Source of the DNA: a virus
Taxonomy: Duplodnaviria > Caudoviricetes
Reading direction: 5' to 3' (one strand)
Length of the DNA stretch: 64,000 nt
IMG/VR virus record: IMGVR_UViG_2561511114_000002
Location: 1 to 64,000 of that record
Made by a program: the position numbers and the translations under genes. Below the pieces are notes generated by a model. That model was given only the letters and a program-made list of their open reading frames with translations. It was not told the origin of the DNA and searched no databases. Positions 49,882-59,232 of the stretch are shown here, in pieces; position 1 is the stretch's first letter; each line of letters begins with the position of its first letter.

Positions 49882-51120
49882 TTAGGGAACGATGATCACC
49901 TGGTATGCCTCACTGTCGAGAATGCGGTCGGACTGCACTGCTCGCCCCAGTTCGAGACCGGCAGCTTTGTTGTCGGCGTTGTCGACATGAGCCCGTATGC
50001 AGGGCGCGGTGCGCGGGCCATCCCGGTCGACGGTGACGTTCTCGATGTCCCATACGCCGTTTACCTGGCGTGGGGTGATGTCCACACATTGGGTACCGGG
50101 ATTCCCGCCCTCGTGGGACGAGGCGAAGGGATACTCCTCACAGGAGTCGTTGAGGACACCGGTGGCCCCCCGCGGGAAGGGGTCCGGTGCAAGGTCACAG
50201 GTCAGGGCGCGCGCCTTTTTGTTTCCGGGGTCAAGAGGGTCGTCACGCCGAGACAGCGGGTTGTCGGCGTCGCCGAATCTGCCCAGGAGATTCTTCTGCG
50301 CCCACTCGTAGGCGACGGCCGACCCCCGGTATTTCGCTCTGCTGAACGTCACGTTGGCCAGGTGGCCCGTGACGATGCAGCCGGGGTGGCCGACCTCATC
50401 GTCACAGCGCACCTCGGGTCCGGTCCACTGGACGTGGCTTTTCACGGGAGTTTCGGTGTAGACGTTCGCTATCGCGTGGTAGGTGGGACGAATGAATGAG
50501 TGGAACCCTTTGCCGACGGTCGAGGTATAGGTGAGAGTGCCGCCCTCCCTGTACTCGCCAGCACGCAGGATGATGTGTTCACCCCCCCAGGCCGGTGGCC
50601 CCGCAACGCACTGGCCGCTGCAGGTGGAGCTAAGGGACAGCACCACGCCGGTAATTTCGCCCGTCATCTCGGTGACTTCGACAATGATGTCCTCCGACCA
50701 TCGTGCGTTGGTCAGGGAGGCCATGGATGCCACGGCAAAGACCATGACCGTGGCCGTGCCGATCACCTCAGTCAACTCTGCGTTCATGAGCACGTAGTCG
50801 ACCGCATACCGCGTGCAGTACGCCTTACGGGTGGAGTTGACACCCTCGCTGGTGTCGTCGTCGGTGCAGAGGTCCGCGCCCGGGTTGCCGGTGCCGGCGG
50901 TGGCACGGGCGGGGGCGCCGTCGGCGGGTCCTGAACTGATGCAGGTCCAGGCCGCGCCTCGGCGCTGGAGTTCGGAGCCAGGGGCGACGGCCACGCAGTC
51001 GCCGTGGCCCTGCGGAGCCGTCCGGTTCGCGGGCGGTGCAGCGGCAGCCGGTGTGGTGCACAGGGCTGCGGTGAGGGCGAGTGAGGCTATCGCCGCCAAG
51101 CCGCGTCTGACGTGCTTCAA
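49882..51120 (-). CDS. Secreted protein with C-terminal NucA/NucB-type DNase domain
   Basis: Signal peptide; VRCDD..PGC; DSCEEYPFASSHEGG...DNKAAG. Confidence 0.8.
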   Translation of the reverse strand: MKHVRRGLAAIASLALTAALCTTPAAAAPPANRTAPQGHGDCVAVAPGSELQRRGAAWTCISSGPADGAPARATAGTGNPGADLCTDDDTSEGVNSTRKAYCTRYAVDYVLMNAELTEVIGTATVMVFAVASMASLTNARWSEDIIVEVTEMTGEITGVVLSLSSTCSGQCVAGPPAWGGEHIILRAGEYREGGTLTYTSTVGKGFHSFIRPTYHAIANVYTETPVKSHVQWTGPEVRCDDEVGHPGCIVTGHLANVTFSRAKYRGSAVAYEWAQKNLLGRFGDADNPLSRRDDPLDPGNKKARALTCDLAPDPFPRGATGVLNDSCEEYPFASSHEGGNPGTQCVDITPRQVNGVWDIENVTVDRDGPRTAPCIRAHVDNADNKAAGLELGRAVQSDRILDSEAYQVIIVP

Positions 51121-51320
51121 GAGATGGTCCCTTCCCCTCAGAGGCCCTTTTTACGGGCACACCGGGCTATATGGAACCGCACGACTCCCGTTCATGACTG
51201 CCGGGAACGCGACAGTCCTTAATGAAATCGGGGGGCGTTGTGGGGTCGCCCTGCCGCCACCGGCGGCACTATCCTCACTCACGATCATCTCACAACCACG
51301 CACGGTAGGGGAATGCAACG

Positions 51321-52568
51321 ATGCGTCGCACAAGAACCCGCTTGGGAAGAGGACTCGGAGCACTCACAGCCATCGCGACAGCCACCGTGGGTCTGTCCGC
51401 CCCCACTGCCGCCGCCGCACCGGCCGCCATGCAGACGGTCCAGCTCGGTCAGGCATGCACCGCAGCCGACCTCGGCAAGCGCCACCCAGTCATCGAAACC
51501 ACCGAAGTCTCACCGACGATCACCCACTTCAAGGGCTGGTACATCACCGAAGGCACGACTGGCTCCCAAACCATCTCCACCAACACCCAAACCAGCATCT
51601 CGGTCTCCGTCGGCTTCAACGGCAATGTGCAGGGCAGCTTCGCCGTCGAGGCCCTCGGCAGCGTTGGCGCGAGCCTGGGCTTGAACGTGCAGGTCAACTA
51701 CACCTCCACCAGCAGCGAATCGAACACCGTGTCCTGGAACTTCTTCCAGCCCGGCTACTACGGGGTCTACAAGGGCACGAGGAAGGTGACCGGCACCTAC
51801 GGCAGTCTCAACTGCAACCGTGTTCAACAAGGCGACGGCGAGTACGCGTTACAGTGGGTCAAAGGCCCCGCCAGCGGCAGCTACACGACCTACACCACCA
51901 TCGAGGAAGGCGCGGTGCGCTGCCAGGACGATGTCCCCGCCACCAGCATCATGCGCAAGGCGCAGGACCTGCTCGACTGCGGCTCCGCCACCGCCACCGC
52001 GAAGCACCCGGCCGGACCGGTCCCCTCGGCGAAGGCCGCCAAGGCCAGGCACGAAGCCGAGAAGGCCGCCAAGGCTGAGAAGAGCGTGAAAGCCAGCAGG
52101 AGCCCGGCCCCCGCCACGCAGGCTGCCCTAAGCTGCCAATCCGCCGACAAGATCCACGTGCCCGGCAGGAGTCTGAACTGGAGTGCGCCGCTTCTGTCCA
52201 ACGACGGCATCCGGCTACGCGTGTCCACAATTTTCAGCAACCACTTCGACTACTGGTATCTGTGCGACGTGACGGAGAACAACGGGCTCATCGAGGCGAC
52301 CCTGAGGAACTGGGGCAACGGCAAATGCGCGACCATCCCAGCGGAGATCGCTAACCAGGAGCGGGCCTACCTGACGACAGTCACCTGCGGGGAGGACGAC
52401 CTCCAGCGGTTCTACATCTACCGCGACGTACCGGGCAGCTCAAAGATCGGTCTGCAGAACAAGTACACCGGCTCCATGATGGGACACGACCGATACGCAG
52501 ACGGAGAGTTGATCCGCCAATACTCCAGCGGCAGACAAGACGGCACCGGCACTTACACCCTGGTATAG
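51321..52568 (+). CDS. Secreted protein: beta-pore-former-like N domain + ricin-B-like lectin
   Basis: Signal peptide; Ser/Thr tracts flanking an amphipathic hairpin; LRNWGNGKC, CGEDDLQRF, LQNKYTG repeats. Confidence 0.65.
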   Translation: MRRTRTRLGRGLGALTAIATATVGLSAPTAAAAPAAMQTVQLGQACTAADLGKRHPVIETTEVSPTITHFKGWYITEGTTGSQTISTNTQTSISVSVGFNGNVQGSFAVEALGSVGASLGLNVQVNYTSTSSESNTVSWNFFQPGYYGVYKGTRKVTGTYGSLNCNRVQQGDGEYALQWVKGPASGSYTTYTTIEEGAVRCQDDVPATSIMRKAQDLLDCGSATATAKHPAGPVPSAKAAKARHEAEKAAKAEKSVKASRSPAPATQAALSCQSADKIHVPGRSLNWSAPLLSNDGIRLRVSTIFSNHFDYWYLCDVTENNGLIEATLRNWGNGKCATIPAEIANQERAYLTTVTCGEDDLQRFYIYRDVPGSSKIGLQNKYTGSMMGHDRYADGELIRQYSSGRQDGTGTYTLV

Positions 52569-52593
52569 ACCTAACCGCCAACCAACCGTAACC

Positions 52594-52629
52594 GCTCGGG
52601 CCTTAACCAATTCCGGCTAGGGCCCGAGC
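52594..52629 (+). terminator. Stem-loop after the secreted lectin gene
   Basis: GCTCGGGCC / GGCCCGAGC. Confidence 0.6.
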
Positions 52630-52860
52630 CGCATGTGGCAGGCGGGCGGCGCGTGCGCTACCTGACCCCTCTGAGCCGGGAAGCGTCACGAGCAGCTTGA
52701 CACCCACCAGCACAGAGCGCATACCGTTACCACGGCACAGCTGGAGTCACACCGCGAAGATGGCCTCTCGTCACCACGCCACGCCCATTCGTATGAGGGC
52801 AGGGTAGGATCGTCGATGCGGTGCCGCCGGTGACGTCCCGGCCGGCGCCGACCAACAACA

Positions 52861-52902
52861 CGAAGCGCCCCACCCGGCCTCACGGCCGCGCGGGGCGCTT
52901 CG
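52861..52902 (-). terminator. Stem-loop closing the leftward transfer operon
   Basis: CGAAGCGCCCC / GGGGCGCTTCG. Confidence 0.6.
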
Positions 52903-52969
52903 CGTGTGGAGTCGTTAGCGGCGGTCGTCGCGGACCTGATAGTGCCGCCTGTACGGCGACTGTGATGCG

Positions 52970-53683
52970 TTACCGGCGTCGACGTCGGCGACGCTTTGGC
53001 TTACGCCTGTGACGGCGCAGCCACAGCAGACCGAGCGAGGCGAGGGTCGCGGCCGCAGCCGCATTACGCGAACCCACCCAGCCGGTCCACGCCTCTCCCG
53101 CCGCCAGCCACATGCCGGCGAACAGGGCCAGCCACACGGCCGACCACGCCGCGAGCAGCGCACGCCGCCGCAGCCACCACCGGCGCAGCGACGACCGTGA
53201 CCGGGACGGACGCCGCGCACCCGAGGACACCCGCTGCGGCGCACGCTGCCGGGGCACCCGGTTCCGCTGCTGCGTCCAGCCCGGCTCACGGTTACGGCGG
53301 TGCTGCTGCGCCCGGAAGATCTCGATGCGGGCCGGGTTGGTGAGATTGTGGTCGTAGTTGTAGCGGGGCCGCTGACGTGGCCCGTCCGGCACTACCGACG
53401 CGCCGTGGCGGATCCACCACTGCTCCCGGGCATCCAGGGTGGCGTCGTCCCACTGGCCCTCCTCAAGGACGAACGCTCCGCCCACGATCAGGTCGGAGAA
53501 CGGCTGGCTGGCACGGTGCTGCTGTTCGCGTTGCCACGCTGTTTGCCGCGACTGGCCGATGTAGCCGACCTCGGGTGCGGCACCGGGGATGGGTGCGCCG
53601 TTGGCGTCGACTGGGCGGGTGAGGACGCAGTACACGACACCGCGGCGACGTTCACCTGCCAGACGCTGCCGCTGCACAGTCAC
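52970..53683 (-). CDS. GIY-YIG-like nuclease with C-terminal TM helices
   Basis: GVVY...GYIGQS, REQQH, REQWWI, RYN; two hydrophobic helices and a basic tail. Confidence 0.7.
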   Translation of the reverse strand: MTVQRQRLAGERRRGVVYCVLTRPVDANGAPIPGAAPEVGYIGQSRQTAWQREQQHRASQPFSDLIVGGAFVLEEGQWDDATLDAREQWWIRHGASVVPDGPRQRPRYNYDHNLTNPARIEIFRAQQHRRNREPGWTQQRNRVPRQRAPQRVSSGARRPSRSRSSLRRWWLRRRALLAAWSAVWLALFAGMWLAAGEAWTGWVGSRNAAAAATLASLGLLWLRRHRRKPKRRRRRRR

Positions 53684-56133
53684 CGCTCCGACTCCTCCGC
53701 GCCCTCAGCCAACTGGGACAGCAGATCCTCCTGAACGTGCTCACAGATCTGGTAGAGGCCATGCTTCGGCTTGAACGCGTACTGGTCCTTCTCCACCAGT
53801 TCGCGCAGCACCTTCCGCGCCATCGACACCGAACACCGCAAGCCACGGGCACGCATCGGCTTCAACGCTTCATCGATCGCTTCGATGTCCATCGGCCCGC
53901 CGTTGGTGAAAAGAACCGACGCCACCGCTTCCTTCGCCCCGCTCACGTCGGCGTCACCAACGGTCGCTGCCTGCGCGGCCACCGCCGTCGCACCCGATGA
54001 CCATTGACCGGGGGGACGTCCGCCAATCTGCTTACCGGCTTCCGCCCACGCCACCCACTCCGGGCCGAACGCCTCCAACGTCTCCGGTGGCAGCTCAGCC
54101 GGGTAGCCAATCGGATTGTTGTCGTCATCGAACAGCAGGTCGTACACGTTCATCGGCGCGTCCTCGTCCGCCGGTATGTACGACTGGCGGGCATGCATCG
54201 TCTGCTGCTCCCCGTCCGCCACCAGGCACATCCCGGGCAGCTTCGGCAACTGACGCGGGTCGGCGGTCAACATGCCACCGGTGACAACGGAGGTGAGGCC
54301 GTCCGTGGTGCGCCCGAGCAGGGCATAGCCGCCCGCGAGCATGTCCCGTAGACCCCGCGAGCCGGTGTCGCCGAGGGTTCCCATGTGGGTGCCGATGGTG
54401 ATGCGGATGCCGCAGGCGCGCATCTTCCTGGCCATCAGTTCCAGTGGGCCGATGAACTCCTTGTCCGTGGCGATCTCGTGGAACTCGTCGATGGTCCACG
54501 ACAGCACTGGCCCGTGGACTCGCGGATCCCAGTCGATGCCGCCTTCGCGTAGGCGACCCTTCCGGTCGCGCCACTGGTGGGACGAGATCATGTCGTAGCG
54601 GCGGTCCAGCTCGCGCATCAGCGCGTCCCGCATTATGTAGGCGTCCTCGACGGTGCAGCCGGCGGCGTGCACGGCTCGGCGGAATTCGCCGTACGAGGCG
54701 TAGCGCTTGAAGTCGTGCAGGAACGAGGCGAACAGTCCGTGCTTCTGCCCCGTCGTCGGGTCGGTGTGGGCGAACCAGCGTTCGATAACGAGCTGCTTGC
54801 GCAGGTTTTCTGACTTACCGGAACCGGTGGTGCCGGTGACGATCTTCGACGGGGAACCCCAGCCGTACTTGATGAACGGCTCCCACATGTGGGAGCCGTC
54901 GATGAAGTAGCCGGTCAGCGCCACACCGCGCTCGACGTCGATGGAGTCCGGACCCGCCCATAGTTTGGCCTGGGCGAGCGGCGGGTTCGGCTGCACCAGC
55001 ATCAGCACGTCGTTGGGGTCGTCCTGCTCCACGAAGTTAAAAAACTTGCGGTTTACGCCGAATGTGCCGGCGATCACCCGCAGCCTGCCCTTCGCGGACT
55101 GGTCGGTGAGCATGTCGATCGCGACCGCCCCCGGCTTGGTGGCGTGGATGATGATGCCCCATCCGCCTACGACCTCCCGATACGACTCGGGTAGCAGGAT
55201 CGTGTTCGGCACCGCACCGTTTGGGTCGTCGGCAACCCACCGCTGGGCTGCCGCGACCCCGGGTGGACGGTCCACCATCTGCGGCTGAGGTGTCACCTCG
55301 ACGGGCGTTTCGGCTGGCTTGGCATCAGCGGTCCGCGTTGAATCGGTGTGCGCCAGATAGGGGCGAGAACCGACGACAGCCAGGCCAGCGAGCAGCCCAC
55401 CAAACAGGGCAACACCCCCGGGACTACTGGTCCAGTCCGCGATGTCGCCGGCACGTTCCCACCCGACAGCCGCAGCGGCCGTGTACGCGGCGGCACGGGC
55501 ACGCCTCGCAGCCAACCGGCGACGTCGCTTCCCTGCCACCTCATCGGCCGGATCGAATCGGTTGTGTTTGACGTCGTCGCGCAACAGCCACCAGTTCGTC
55601 ACCCGGTAGACGGCCCACGCGGCGCCGGGCAGCAGCGACCACTCGGCCAGTTCCATCCACCACGGCAGATCGGCGCGGTCGTTGACAGCCCCCGCTACCC
55701 CCACGGCTACGGCGACACCGGCGACGCGGATTCGCTCGTCAGCGGCGTTCCATACCCGTCGCCACGGAAGACCGCCCCGCGGCTTCGACTCGTTCTCGGC
55801 GGTCATCTCGCAGCCGTGATCCGGGCAGTAGCGGGTCGCCGTATCAGGCAGCAGCCACATGATCCGGTCACAGGGCGCCACCTGCATTGACGGCGGTCGT
55901 CCATCCTCGGTTTCGATCATGGTTTCGATGCGGCCACGGGAGCAGCGGTGCCGAATGTGGGCGGTACGCCGGTTGTCGGCGTCCACCGGCACCGGATACG
56001 GCGACTGGCGGGGAATGCCGTCCGCGTCGAGCCATACCCGCGCCCACCCGGACGCCCCGTCCAGCGGTGGCATCCGCCCACCCGCCGCGGGTCGTGGCGG
56101 CAGCGGAACTGGCCTCACCTCAGTAGTCGTCAT
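53680..56133 (-). CDS. FtsK/SpoIIIE-family DNA translocase (TraB-like)
   Basis: N-terminal TMs; GTTGSGKS Walker A; LMRELDRR; WTIDEFH Walker B; RKMRACGI; C-terminal winged-helix-like domain. Confidence 0.85.
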   Translation of the reverse strand: MTTTEVRPVPLPPRPAAGGRMPPLDGASGWARVWLDADGIPRQSPYPVPVDADNRRTAHIRHRCSRGRIETMIETEDGRPPSMQVAPCDRIMWLLPDTATRYCPDHGCEMTAENESKPRGGLPWRRVWNAADERIRVAGVAVAVGVAGAVNDRADLPWWMELAEWSLLPGAAWAVYRVTNWWLLRDDVKHNRFDPADEVAGKRRRRLAARRARAAAYTAAAAVGWERAGDIADWTSSPGGVALFGGLLAGLAVVGSRPYLAHTDSTRTADAKPAETPVEVTPQPQMVDRPPGVAAAQRWVADDPNGAVPNTILLPESYREVVGGWGIIIHATKPGAVAIDMLTDQSAKGRLRVIAGTFGVNRKFFNFVEQDDPNDVLMLVQPNPPLAQAKLWAGPDSIDVERGVALTGYFIDGSHMWEPFIKYGWGSPSKIVTGTTGSGKSENLRKQLVIERWFAHTDPTTGQKHGLFASFLHDFKRYASYGEFRRAVHAAGCTVEDAYIMRDALMRELDRRYDMISSHQWRDRKGRLREGGIDWDPRVHGPVLSWTIDEFHEIATDKEFIGPLELMARKMRACGIRITIGTHMGTLGDTGSRGLRDMLAGGYALLGRTTDGLTSVVTGGMLTADPRQLPKLPGMCLVADGEQQTMHARQSYIPADEDAPMNVYDLLFDDDNNPIGYPAELPPETLEAFGPEWVAWAEAGKQIGGRPPGQWSSGATAVAAQAATVGDADVSGAKEAVASVLFTNGGPMDIEAIDEALKPMRARGLRCSVSMARKVLRELVEKDQYAFKPKHGLYQICEHVQEDLLSQLAEGAEESER

Positions 56134-56227
56134 CAGCAGTCACTTCCCTCGGTTGGGCCGAGTTCCGGCGGTTACGGCACAGGCCGGAAGCATGGAGCCG
56201 CCGGCCTGCACCGATGGGGCCGGACTC

Positions 56228-57724
56228 TCAGTGCTCCTCCAACACCCGCGCGTCCACACCTGTCTCCTGCACTGCCGCCGCAGCCTCCCCGTACTGCGAC
56301 TTGATGTGCTGCAACGACGCCTGCACCGACTCGAGGGAGGCGTCTAGTTCGGCCTGCCACTGCTGGTTGCGGTCGCGGGCGGCCTCGATGTGCTCCTGCA
56401 CTTCGGCGATGGTGCCGGCGGTGAGGGTGGTGGCGGCCTCCGCCGAACCCTGGGTGGCGTCGCCCCCGTACCGGGAGGCTTCCAGCCCTTCGGCGAGCGG
56501 CGCGAGGGCGTTAGTGACTTCGGACCGGTTGCCGTCCATGGCTTCGACGGCGGCGGCGACAGCGGTGATGTGCTGTTCGAATGCGGCAGCCTCGGCCTGC
56601 TGGGCGCGCAGCTTGGCCAGGGCGGTCTCGTGTCCGGTGACAGCCTGGTTGTAGGTGACCAGGTCGCTGGTGTTGGCCATGATGGTTCCTCCGTTATCGC
56701 AGTTGCTGTCGGTGCGGCTGGCTTCGCGGTGTCGCATGGCCCGCACCTCGGCGGTCATGGCTACCGCCTCGCTGACGGCCTCTGGGTGGATGTGGGGGAA
56801 TTGCCGACGCACGGCGGTCTCGGCGGCGGCAATGTCGCCGGGCTGCTGGAGGGCCTCGTGGGCGGCCCGGACGATGTCGTCGTGCTGGGGCATCCACCCG
56901 CCGGGCGGGGCGGGAGTGTGGGTGGCGTCGGCGGCGGCCTGCTCGTACACGTAGTCCGGGTACTGGTCACCGAACGCTGCGCGCAGGCCGCGGGCGGTTT
57001 CGGTTTCTCCCAGCGCACCGCTGTAGCCGCGTTCGCGGTTTACCCGGTACAGGTCTGCGGCGGCGACGCTGACCTGCGACGGCACGTGGTGGCCGCCGTC
57101 GGCCCGCCGGGCGGTGTGGCACGTCGATTCGGCCGGATGCATCCACGACCCGTCGCCCGCGGTGAGGGTGTCACCGCACACGGGGCAGGCGGTGCGGGGT
57201 GCGTCCGATACTGGCTGCTCGTCGACCACGGCGGGGGCGGCAGGTTGCGGCTGCTGGTTGTCTCCCACCGGATCGATGAGGGTGCGCCACGCCCTGCCGG
57301 CCATGCCCCGCTTTTCGCGGCTGGCCTGCACCTTCCGCCGCACGGCGGCGTCGATGCGCCCCTCCGGGGCACGTTGACCGTCTGGGCCGACCGGGGGCCG
57401 GGCAGCGCGTTTGGCGTGCCGCTTCTCCAACTGGTCTTCCCACAGCCCGTGGTAGACGTCCGACAGGTAGGCGCCCAGGCCGGGCCGGTATTCGCCGGTG
57501 CCACCAGCCTGACGGTTACGGCGAGCTCGGGTGGCCTTCCACGCCCTCGCGACAGCCTCGCGGCGGGCCGACGCGAGGGCGGCCTTGCGGTCCCGCTGTT
57601 TGTCGATCAGCCCCCACTCTCCGGCCTTGGCGGCCTTCAGGGTGGTGACGGCGTCGGCGACGACACCGGGGATGGTCATCGCCCACAGGGACACAACCAT
57701 TGCCCCCAAAATCAGCTCGATCAT
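56228..57724 (-). CDS. Membrane-anchored protein with a C-terminal helical-hairpin (WXG100-like) domain
   Basis: N-terminal TM, CPVC..H..C motif, internal RBS and ATG at 56680. Confidence 0.7.
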   Translation of the reverse strand: MIELILGAMVVSLWAMTIPGVVADAVTTLKAAKAGEWGLIDKQRDRKAALASARREAVARAWKATRARRNRQAGGTGEYRPGLGAYLSDVYHGLWEDQLEKRHAKRAARPPVGPDGQRAPEGRIDAAVRRKVQASREKRGMAGRAWRTLIDPVGDNQQPQPAAPAVVDEQPVSDAPRTACPVCGDTLTAGDGSWMHPAESTCHTARRADGGHHVPSQVSVAAADLYRVNRERGYSGALGETETARGLRAAFGDQYPDYVYEQAAADATHTPAPPGGWMPQHDDIVRAAHEALQQPGDIAAAETAVRRQFPHIHPEAVSEAVAMTAEVRAMRHREASRTDSNCDNGGTIMANTSDLVTYNQAVTGHETALAKLRAQQAEAAAFEQHITAVAAAVEAMDGNRSEVTNALAPLAEGLEASRYGGDATQGSAEAATTLTAGTIAEVQEHIEAARDRNQQWQAELDASLESVQASLQHIKSQYGEAAAAVQETGVDARVLEEH

Positions 57725-57727
57725 CGG

Positions 57728-58105
57728 CTATCGGCCCATCCGTGACGACGCGTCGGTGCGGGTCGACACGAGGAACGAGATCGCCACGGCCGCGAGGGCA
57801 AGGCCGATGGTGCTGGTGCCCACCCAGTCACCCATGTGGTCCGACGCCCAACCCCACAGGTCACCGAGCTTGTCGCTGATCCAGGCGGGAAACGATCCGT
57901 CGATGGACACGAGTAGGGACGGCAGGACGAACGCGCCGATGACGGCGTACTGGTCGGGCTTGCGGTCCTTGGCGACGTCGATGCCGATAATGATCAGGGC
58001 ACTTAACACGGCGATGATCATTACGGCGGAGGCGAGACCGACACCGACCAGGCCGGCGCCGCCGATGATGGCGATGACGAAACCGATCCACGCGAGAGCC
58101 TTCAT
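57728..58105 (-). CDS. Small multi-TM protein (Spd-like)
   Basis: AAGGAGG RBS; about 4 hydrophobic helices. Confidence 0.75.
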   Translation of the reverse strand: MKALAWIGFVIAIIGGAGLVGVGLASAVMIIAVLSALIIIGIDVAKDRKPDQYAVIGAFVLPSLLVSIDGSFPAWISDKLGDLWGWASDHMGDWVGTSTIGLALAAVAISFLVSTRTDASSRMGR

Positions 58106-58123
58106 GTGTTCCTCCTTCGGGGG

Positions 58124-58540
58124 TTAGCGGATGGCGGCGGCGACGCCGACGCTGGTGGCGATGAACAGGGGCCCGCGTACGGGGTGGATGAGCATCCACT
58201 TGGCGGAGTCGAGGGCGGCGGCGGCGGCGACCGCCGGGTAGCGGTAGGCGCGGCACCACCGCCGGTACGGTGCAAACTCGGGCGTGGTGGCGCTGTAGTC
58301 GGTGCGCCACACCACGCGAATCGATGGCGTGGACTCGCGGACGATCCACGAGTCGGCCGCATCCAGGTACATGACCCGGCCGACACGCCGTGCCGCGACG
58401 ACGGGACGGGCTGTCCTGAGTCGCCTTACACGGTTACGGCGGGTTACACTCGGCTTGACTCTCGCGCGCGCAGACGCGCGCGGGCTGTCCGATCCGCCGA
58501 CGGCACTGACATCTGACAGTGTCACAACACTCTCCGTCAC
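58124..58540 (-). CDS. Hypothetical protein of the transfer operon
   Basis: Coupled to the upstream gene; hydrophobic C-terminus. Confidence 0.6.
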   Translation of the reverse strand: MTESVVTLSDVSAVGGSDSPRASARARVKPSVTRRNRVRRLRTARPVVAARRVGRVMYLDAADSWIVRESTPSIRVVWRTDYSATTPEFAPYRRWCRAYRYPAVAAAAALDSAKWMLIHPVRGPLFIATSVGVAAAIR

Positions 58541-58752
58541 GGTCGGCTCTTTTCGTTCAGGTCGCGGGCAACCCGCGTGATCGCCTCCACGACCCCGTCA
58601 ACATCGGCCCGTCGCATGGCCCGCGCCTCCGACATCACCCACTCCAGGGCGTGCCGCAGACGCTCGTACGGGGACTCGGCAGCGGCGATACGACCGACGC
58701 TCCATGTGGTCCGGTTGTCGGCGGCGGCCCGCAGGGATTTGACCGACATCAC
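58537..58752 (-). CDS. Hypothetical protein
   Basis: GTGA coupling at both ends. Confidence 0.6.
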   Translation of the reverse strand: MMSVKSLRAAADNRTTWSVGRIAAAESPYERLRHALEWVMSEARAMRRADVDGVVEAITRVARDLNEKSRP

Positions 58753-59006
58753 GCCTCCACCGGCGCGCTGAACTGGAAAAACGGCTCCCGGTCGACGTGT
58801 TCGCCCCGAATCTGGTGCAGGTCCACGTGGTACAGGTGCGTTTCCCGACGGTGGACGCCGTCGCGCTCGGCGACAGCGATCAGGTGCCTCGTGAGCAGGT
58901 CGTTGACGCTGGCCGGATCGTCGAGGTCGAGGGTGACGAGCAGCCGCCCCGTGGTGCGGACGGGCCGGTCACCTCGGAACGCTCGCAACTCGTACAGCTT
59001 CGGCAT
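58749..59006 (-). CDS. Hypothetical protein
   Basis: GAAAGGA RBS. Confidence 0.65.
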   Translation of the reverse strand: MPKLYELRAFRGDRPVRTTGRLLVTLDLDDPASVNDLLTRHLIAVAERDGVHRRETHLYHVDLHQIRGEHVDREPFFQFSAPVEA

Positions 59007-59028
59007 CGATCTTCCTTTCTTCCACTGG

Positions 59029-59232
59029 TCAGGTGAGCTGCGACAGCGCGTATCCGGCCAGGCCGGCGAGGCTGTTGCCAGCGACGATGACGGTGATGAC
59101 GCGGTTCAGGCTGGTGTCGCCCCGGCTGTGGGCGCGGCGGGCGGGCTTGCCGCTGTCGGTGACGGTTCGGGTTTGGGTCGCGGGCGTGGCGGAGGGTCGG
59201 ATGGTGGCGGCGGGCAAGGCGTCAGTGGTCAT
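59029..59232 (-). CDS. Small membrane protein
   Basis: GGAGG RBS; C-terminal TM. Confidence 0.55.
   Translation of the reverse strand: MTTDALPAATIRPSATPATQTRTVTDSGKPARRAHSRGDTSLNRVITVIVAGNSLAGLAGYALSQLT

Noticed and set aside
53680-56133. ATPase as the type VII secretion EccC
   Set aside because: Only one ATPase domain and no EccB/EccD/MycP genes; TraB-like architecture fits better, though not proven.
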